Assembly: GCA_009885285.1 (NCBI GenBank)
Contig: VFKX01000093.1
Location: forward strand, 1-53,646
From: Candidatus Falkowbacteria bacterium
GTDB lineage: Bacteria; Patescibacteriota; Patescibacteriia; Patescibacteriales; UBA12465
DNA length: 53,646 nucleotides
Direction of reading: 5' to 3'
Shown: positions 50,184 to 53,646 of the stretch, piece after piece
Position numbering within the stretch: position 1 is the first letter of the stretch
How the letters are laid out: the number at the start of each line of letters is the position of its first letter
Program-made: the position numbers and the translations under genes
Notes under the pieces: generated by a model
Told to the model about the DNA's origin: nothing
Database searches by the model: none
Seen by the model: only the letters and a program-made list of their open reading frames with translations

Positions 50184-50361
50184 TATTTGCTTTTATTTAG
50201 TTACCGCAGGGAGTTTTTGTAACCTCTCTCCGGCAACTAAATAAAAGTAATTTTTAAAGGACTGTGACCAAAAAATATAGCATAATCTCCCGCTTTAAGT
50301 CAATAATGAGGAATAATATTAATGATACGTGATTAATAATGCGGGATCTATGTCTTTAAAT

Positions 50362-50391
50362 AAAAAACCCTCATTATTTGCTAATGAGGGT
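50362..50391 (-). terminator. Intrinsic terminator
   Basis: AAAAAACCCTCATTA-TTTGC-TAATGAGGGT. Confidence 0.8.
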
Positions 50392-50410
50392 GGGGCATAA
50401 AAAGGGTCGA

Positions 50411-50740
50411 TTACTTACCGCTACAAGAATAGCCTTGATCTTCGCAAGCCACGATATTTACCTTAGCAGCACTGCAGCCAGTACCACCACTTAAACCAAC
50501 TAATTGCCAGTCATAAGTGCCGGGAGTGAGTTCGATTGATTTTTTATTGCCGGGATCCAGCGATCCATAGTTCACGCCATTGATCATGATACGCTGGACA
50601 GTGGTCAAGCTTTTATTTGTCAGAGTGAGCGTACCTTTTCCAGTACAAGGGCTGGCATCCAGTTTATCGCATGACAAATTAATGGACAGGGCAGCTATAA
50701 ATATGGCTGCCATTAGCAAAGCAAAATTAATTTTTTTCAT
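50411..50740 (-). CDS. Putative lipoprotein, paralog of 48429-48749 (start at ATG 50740)
   Basis: MKKINF...INLS-C-DK lipobox; aligns without large gaps to the 106-aa protein. Confidence 0.75.
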   Translation of the reverse strand: MKKINFALLMAAIFIAALSINLSCDKLDASPCTGKGTLTLTNKSLTTVQRIMINGVNYGSLDPGNKKSIELTPGTYDWQLVGLSGGTGCSAAKVNIVACEDQGYSCSGK

Positions 50741-50856
50741 CGCTACGTCTTTTAAATTAATACTTGAGTTTTTAACTAACTGCCTAAACGCTACCATATC
50801 TAAGTATAATTGTAAATAGGGAATGACTGGATGCGCCGAGTAGCTCTTTTAGTTAT

Positions 50857-50894
50857 AAAAAAGGCCTTGAGATAAATGTATTATCCTAAGGCCT
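50857..50894 (-). terminator. Intrinsic terminator
   Basis: AAAAAAGGCCTT...AAGGCCT. Confidence 0.7.
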
Positions 50895-50911
50895 GGCATT
50901 TGTGCGAGTGT

Positions 50912-51463
50912 TTAATGTTTTTTCCAGTAGTACCAGAAGGGCTTTTTCTGTTTGAATGGCACTTCTTTTTTTTCACCATAGATATCGACTCCTTGTGGGA
51001 CGTGATTCACAGGCTCTTTACCCCAATACACTAAATTGAGCGTAATGGAAACGAGGGCTGATCCGGTCAATGCTCCGCCTAGGTCGTACTTTAAATCTTC
51101 GCGGCTGTAAAATCCGCCGTTGTTCTGGTCGTGGACTTCTTTTAAGTGTCCGGCAAGGGAAGTTAGTCCAATGCCTAGTCCAGCCCCAATAAGTCTGCTC
51201 TGCCACCACTTTAAGCCAACTTTATTGTATAAAACTTGCTGGCTTAGCATCTCTATGCTAAATGAAGACATAGTGCAAATAGTGAAATGGTTAAACTTAT
51301 CTTCGGGCATTCCTAAGTAGGTTTTGTCTTCAGATATAACTTTACTGTTGTAGGCTAAGCTGTTAAATTTGAGCGCTGGGTCGTTGAAATTCGTTTCGGT
51401 GAACTGGGCGCTGGTTGTTATAACAAGTGCCAATAATACTAAAGTAAACGCGAACTTTTTCAT
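50912..51463 (-). CDS. Secreted/membrane YfiM (DUF2279)-like protein
   Basis: Signal peptide ending TSA-Q; DKFNHF, KEVHD, GGFYSREDLKYDLGG motifs. Confidence 0.65.
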   Translation of the reverse strand: MKKFAFTLVLLALVITTSAQFTETNFNDPALKFNSLAYNSKVISEDKTYLGMPEDKFNHFTICTMSSFSIEMLSQQVLYNKVGLKWWQSRLIGAGLGIGLTSLAGHLKEVHDQNNGGFYSREDLKYDLGGALTGSALVSITLNLVYWGKEPVNHVPQGVDIYGEKKEVPFKQKKPFWYYWKKH

Positions 51464-51671
51464 TTTTATTTATTTTTGATTATTAATGAATGATTAGACA
51501 AAGGTCGGGGTCATAAAATTAAGGCTCCGGCCTTTGTCTAATCTCCAAAATATCAAATTTGTGAAAGGGCTAGTCTTGATTAAATTAGCATTGTTTACGG
51601 ATATTGTCAAGAGCTGGGCGGGACAGGAGCAGATCTGAGGGATATTTTGACTTGGCGTTAAAATAGGTAAT

Positions 51672-51700
51672 AAAAAGCAGACACTTTCGTGTCCGCTTTT
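51672..51700 (-). terminator. Intrinsic terminator
   Basis: AAAAAGCAGACAC-TTTC-GTGTCCGCTTTT. Confidence 0.8.
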
Positions 51701-51715
51701 CGGGGCATAGTTTAA

Positions 51716-52129
51716 TTAAGCTGCCTTTTTTGCAGTTTTGCTAATAATCATTTTTATTCTCTCAATGAAATCATCATTATTAATACCTTTTTGGATATAT
51801 TCAGTTATCGCAAACTCCTTCATCCATTTTTCTGACTCGAGTGATAAATCTGAGTTGGTAAGTAGGACTATCGGAATATTGGCGGTTTGAGGCTCTTTCT
51901 TCAGTCTACTAGAGGCAGTGATGCCGTCTACTATTGGCATTTCTATGTCCATTAAGATGAGGTCGGGTAGAAAACGTCTGGCTAATTCGCGCCCTTGGAC
52001 TGCGTCCGGAGAATATATTACTTCATATCCTGCTTTTCCGAGCAAACTACCATAAAGTCGGCGCATTACCTCGTCGTCGTCGATAATTAAAATATGTGGT
52101 TTTTTTACTGGTTCATTAACATCATTCAT
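51716..52129 (-). CDS. Stand-alone response regulator receiver protein
   Basis: ILIIDDD, PDLILMDIEMPIVDG, LLTN, YIQK. Confidence 0.92.
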   Translation of the reverse strand: MNDVNEPVKKPHILIIDDDEVMRRLYGSLLGKAGYEVIYSPDAVQGRELARRFLPDLILMDIEMPIVDGITASSRLKKEPQTANIPIVLLTNSDLSLESEKWMKEFAITEYIQKGINNDDFIERIKMIISKTAKKAA

Positions 52130-52171
52130 ATTATTTAGGGTTAATAAAATAGTGATTAATTATTTGTGGCT

Positions 52172-52552
52172 CTAGTTATCTAAATATTCATTTACTTTTT
52201 TTACGACGTCTCGATATTCCCAGTCGCTTTTAACCATGAAATCCAGGATGCCAATTTTTTTGGCTCGAGACATTGTGCTTGAGTCATGAGAATTACTCCA
52301 CATCACGACTGGAGCCCCCTTACCCCACTTGTCGGCCCGAAGTTTCTCCAGGAAATAGAAACCATCGGTGTTGGGCATGAGGCTATCGACGATAATAAAG
52401 TCCGGATGTTCACTGAGTGCCTTATTCAAACCATCTTGGCCATTAGTTGCTTGAGTTACCAAGAATCCATCATGGGTAAATTTATCTGAAATACCATTTA
52501 AAAGCGACACCTCGTCCTCGATGATCAGTATTCTTTTTTGTATAGTACTCAT
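52172..52552 (-). CDS. Stand-alone response regulator receiver protein
   Basis: ILIIEDE, PDFIIVDSLMPNTDG, WSN, FMVK. Confidence 0.92.
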   Translation of the reverse strand: MSTIQKRILIIEDEVSLLNGISDKFTHDGFLVTQATNGQDGLNKALSEHPDFIIVDSLMPNTDGFYFLEKLRADKWGKGAPVVMWSNSHDSSTMSRAKKIGILDFMVKSDWEYRDVVKKVNEYLDN

Positions 52553-52556
52553 AGTA

Positions 52557-53646
52557 TTAATGTTTTAATTCTAATCTTTTTGTACCTTCTTTCTTCTTCA
52601 TACCGCTAATCGGAGTGGTTACGTAAAATGTTGATCCTTTATTTTCCGTGGATTCAAACCAAATTTTTCCACCTGTTTTATCTAAGGTCGATTTAATTAT
52701 GTATAGTCCTAGTCCGGTCCCGTCAGGATCATTGACCCGAGCATTATCAGCTCGGAACATTTTGGTAAAAATTTTCGATTGGACGTTTTTGGGAATGCCG
52801 TAGCCTGTATCAGCCACTGAAATAAGAATATTATCCCCATCCTTTTTGATGTTGATATTAATTTTTCCGCCCGGAGCCGTATATTTTAACGCGTTGGTAA
52901 ATAGGTTCTGAAAAACCATTCTGACAATATTTAAATCGGCATTGATAATTGGGATATCTTTTTCAAATAAAGTTTCCACCAGCAGTTTTTTTTCCATAAC
53001 TCGCATTTGTAGATCTTTTAGGGCGTTTTCTGCCACACTTTTTAAATCTACAGGCTCTGGTTCAACAATAAATACATCAAGATCCACTCGCGAAACATTG
53101 AGGAGGGCTGTAATCAGACCAATCATGCGGTCATTGGCATTTTTTATTTCTTTTAGGTATTCGTTCTGCTTTTGGTTTACCAGCCCAGCATCGCCATCAA
53201 GAAGCATGCCTGTGTATCCTTTTATGGCTGTTAGGGGAGTACGGAGTTGGTGAGAGGCGATAGAAACGAATTCGTCTTTGGCCGCATCAAGCTTTCGTAA
53301 TTCTTCATTTATCAATTTGGTTTTTCGGGCAGTGGCGGCTAGTTTTTCGGCAGTCACTAAAAGTTTACGTCTGACACTCTCTTTTTCTTTAGCGGTTACA
53401 GCCAGTTTATTTTTAACGACCTCTGCTTCTTTGGCAGTTACGGCTAATTTCTTAGCGGTTACAGCCAGTTTATTTTTAACATCTTCCGCCTCTTTGGCGG
53501 TTTTGGCTAGTTTCTCGGCAGTCACGACTAGTTTACGTCTCACATCCTCTTTTTCTTTAGCGGTCACGACTAGTTTACGTCTCACATCCTCTTTTTCTTT
53601 AGCGGTTACAGCCAGCTTATTTTTAACATCTTCTGCCTCTTTGGCA
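52557..53646 (-). CDS. Sensor histidine kinase (HisKA plus HATPase_c) with N-terminal heptad repeats; 5' end outside window
   Basis: H box SIASHQLRTPL, N box NLFTNALKY, G1 DTGYGI, G2 GTGLGL; the frame stays open to the window edge. Confidence 0.93.
   Translation of the reverse strand, partial: AKEAEDVKNKLAVTAKEKEDVRRKLVVTAKEKEDVRRKLVVTAEKLAKTAKEAEDVKNKLAVTAKKLAVTAKEAEVVKNKLAVTAKEKESVRRKLLVTAEKLAATARKTKLINEELRKLDAAKDEFVSIASHQLRTPLTAIKGYTGMLLDGDAGLVNQKQNEYLKEIKNANDRMIGLITALLNVSRVDLDVFIVEPEPVDLKSVAENALKDLQMRVMEKKLLVETLFEKDIPIINADLNIVRMVFQNLFTNALKYTAPGGKININIKKDGDNILISVADTGYGIPKNVQSKIFTKMFRADNARVNDPDGTGLGLYIIKSTLDKTGGKIWFESTENKGSTFYVTTPISGMKKKEGTKRLELKH
53325..53646 (-). repeat. Coding tandem repeat of 21/42-bp units (at least 15 heptads)
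   Basis: Units KL[AVL]xTA[KER] and E[AK]ExV[KR][NR]; exact 42-bp duplication at 53521-53562 and 53563-53604. Confidence 0.92.

Noticed and set aside
50187-50250. Possible integron attC site (GTT/AAC in a long inverted repeat)
   Set aside because: The order is GTT...AAC rather than RYYYAAC...GTTRRRY, it lies 5' of the gene, no extrahelical-base pattern is evident, and there is no intI in the window.
48018-51463. Prophage or genomic island integrated at the tRNAs
   Set aside because: No integrase or phage structural genes; I found no duplicated tRNA 3' end; the accessory genes lie 5' of the tRNAs.
53325-53646. CRISPR array
   Set aside because: The repeats are contiguous, in-frame coding units with no unique spacers; no cas genes are present.

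Overview
Chromosomal window from a small-genome, AT-rich bacterium. The gene inventory and style point to Patescibacteria/CPR, plausibly ABY1/Falkowbacteria-like (inference): short HrcA and AtpH, double-length ThyX, an LYWGEG/NSDP LAGLIDADG-like gene beside tRNAs, almost no Shine-Dalgarno sites, and genetic code 11. Core blocks in order: a partial OmpR regulator, PBP2, a CIRCE-controlled hrcA-(DUF1653-grpE)-hsp20-dnaK-dnaJ cluster, tatD, a complete F1Fo operon followed by a carbonic-anhydrase-like gene, uppP, mltG, a DUF3160 protein, two GT-C-like membrane proteins, miaB-miaA, gatB, a dTTP operon with a Tmk-dUTPase fusion, three GT2 genes plus galU, murA, rplU, dnaB-ybaB-recR, tRNA-Thr and tRNA-Lys, and a truncated histidine kinase built on a heptad repeat with two receiver proteins. 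The best candidate for something undescribed is a dispersed set of self-contained accessory units (17.2-19.2, 30.3-31.4, 40.8-41.4 and 48.4-51.6 kb). Each has a near-consensus sigma70 promoter, a boxA-like 5' motif, often a long leader hairpin, a small orphan ORF and a terminator. Units about 34 kb apart with unrelated cargo share promoter or leader segments (20/22 and 18/19 nt), and several cargo proteins look like Bacteroidota-type exported proteins. No CRISPR array, transposase or integrase is visible. All calls are by eye; no database search was run.
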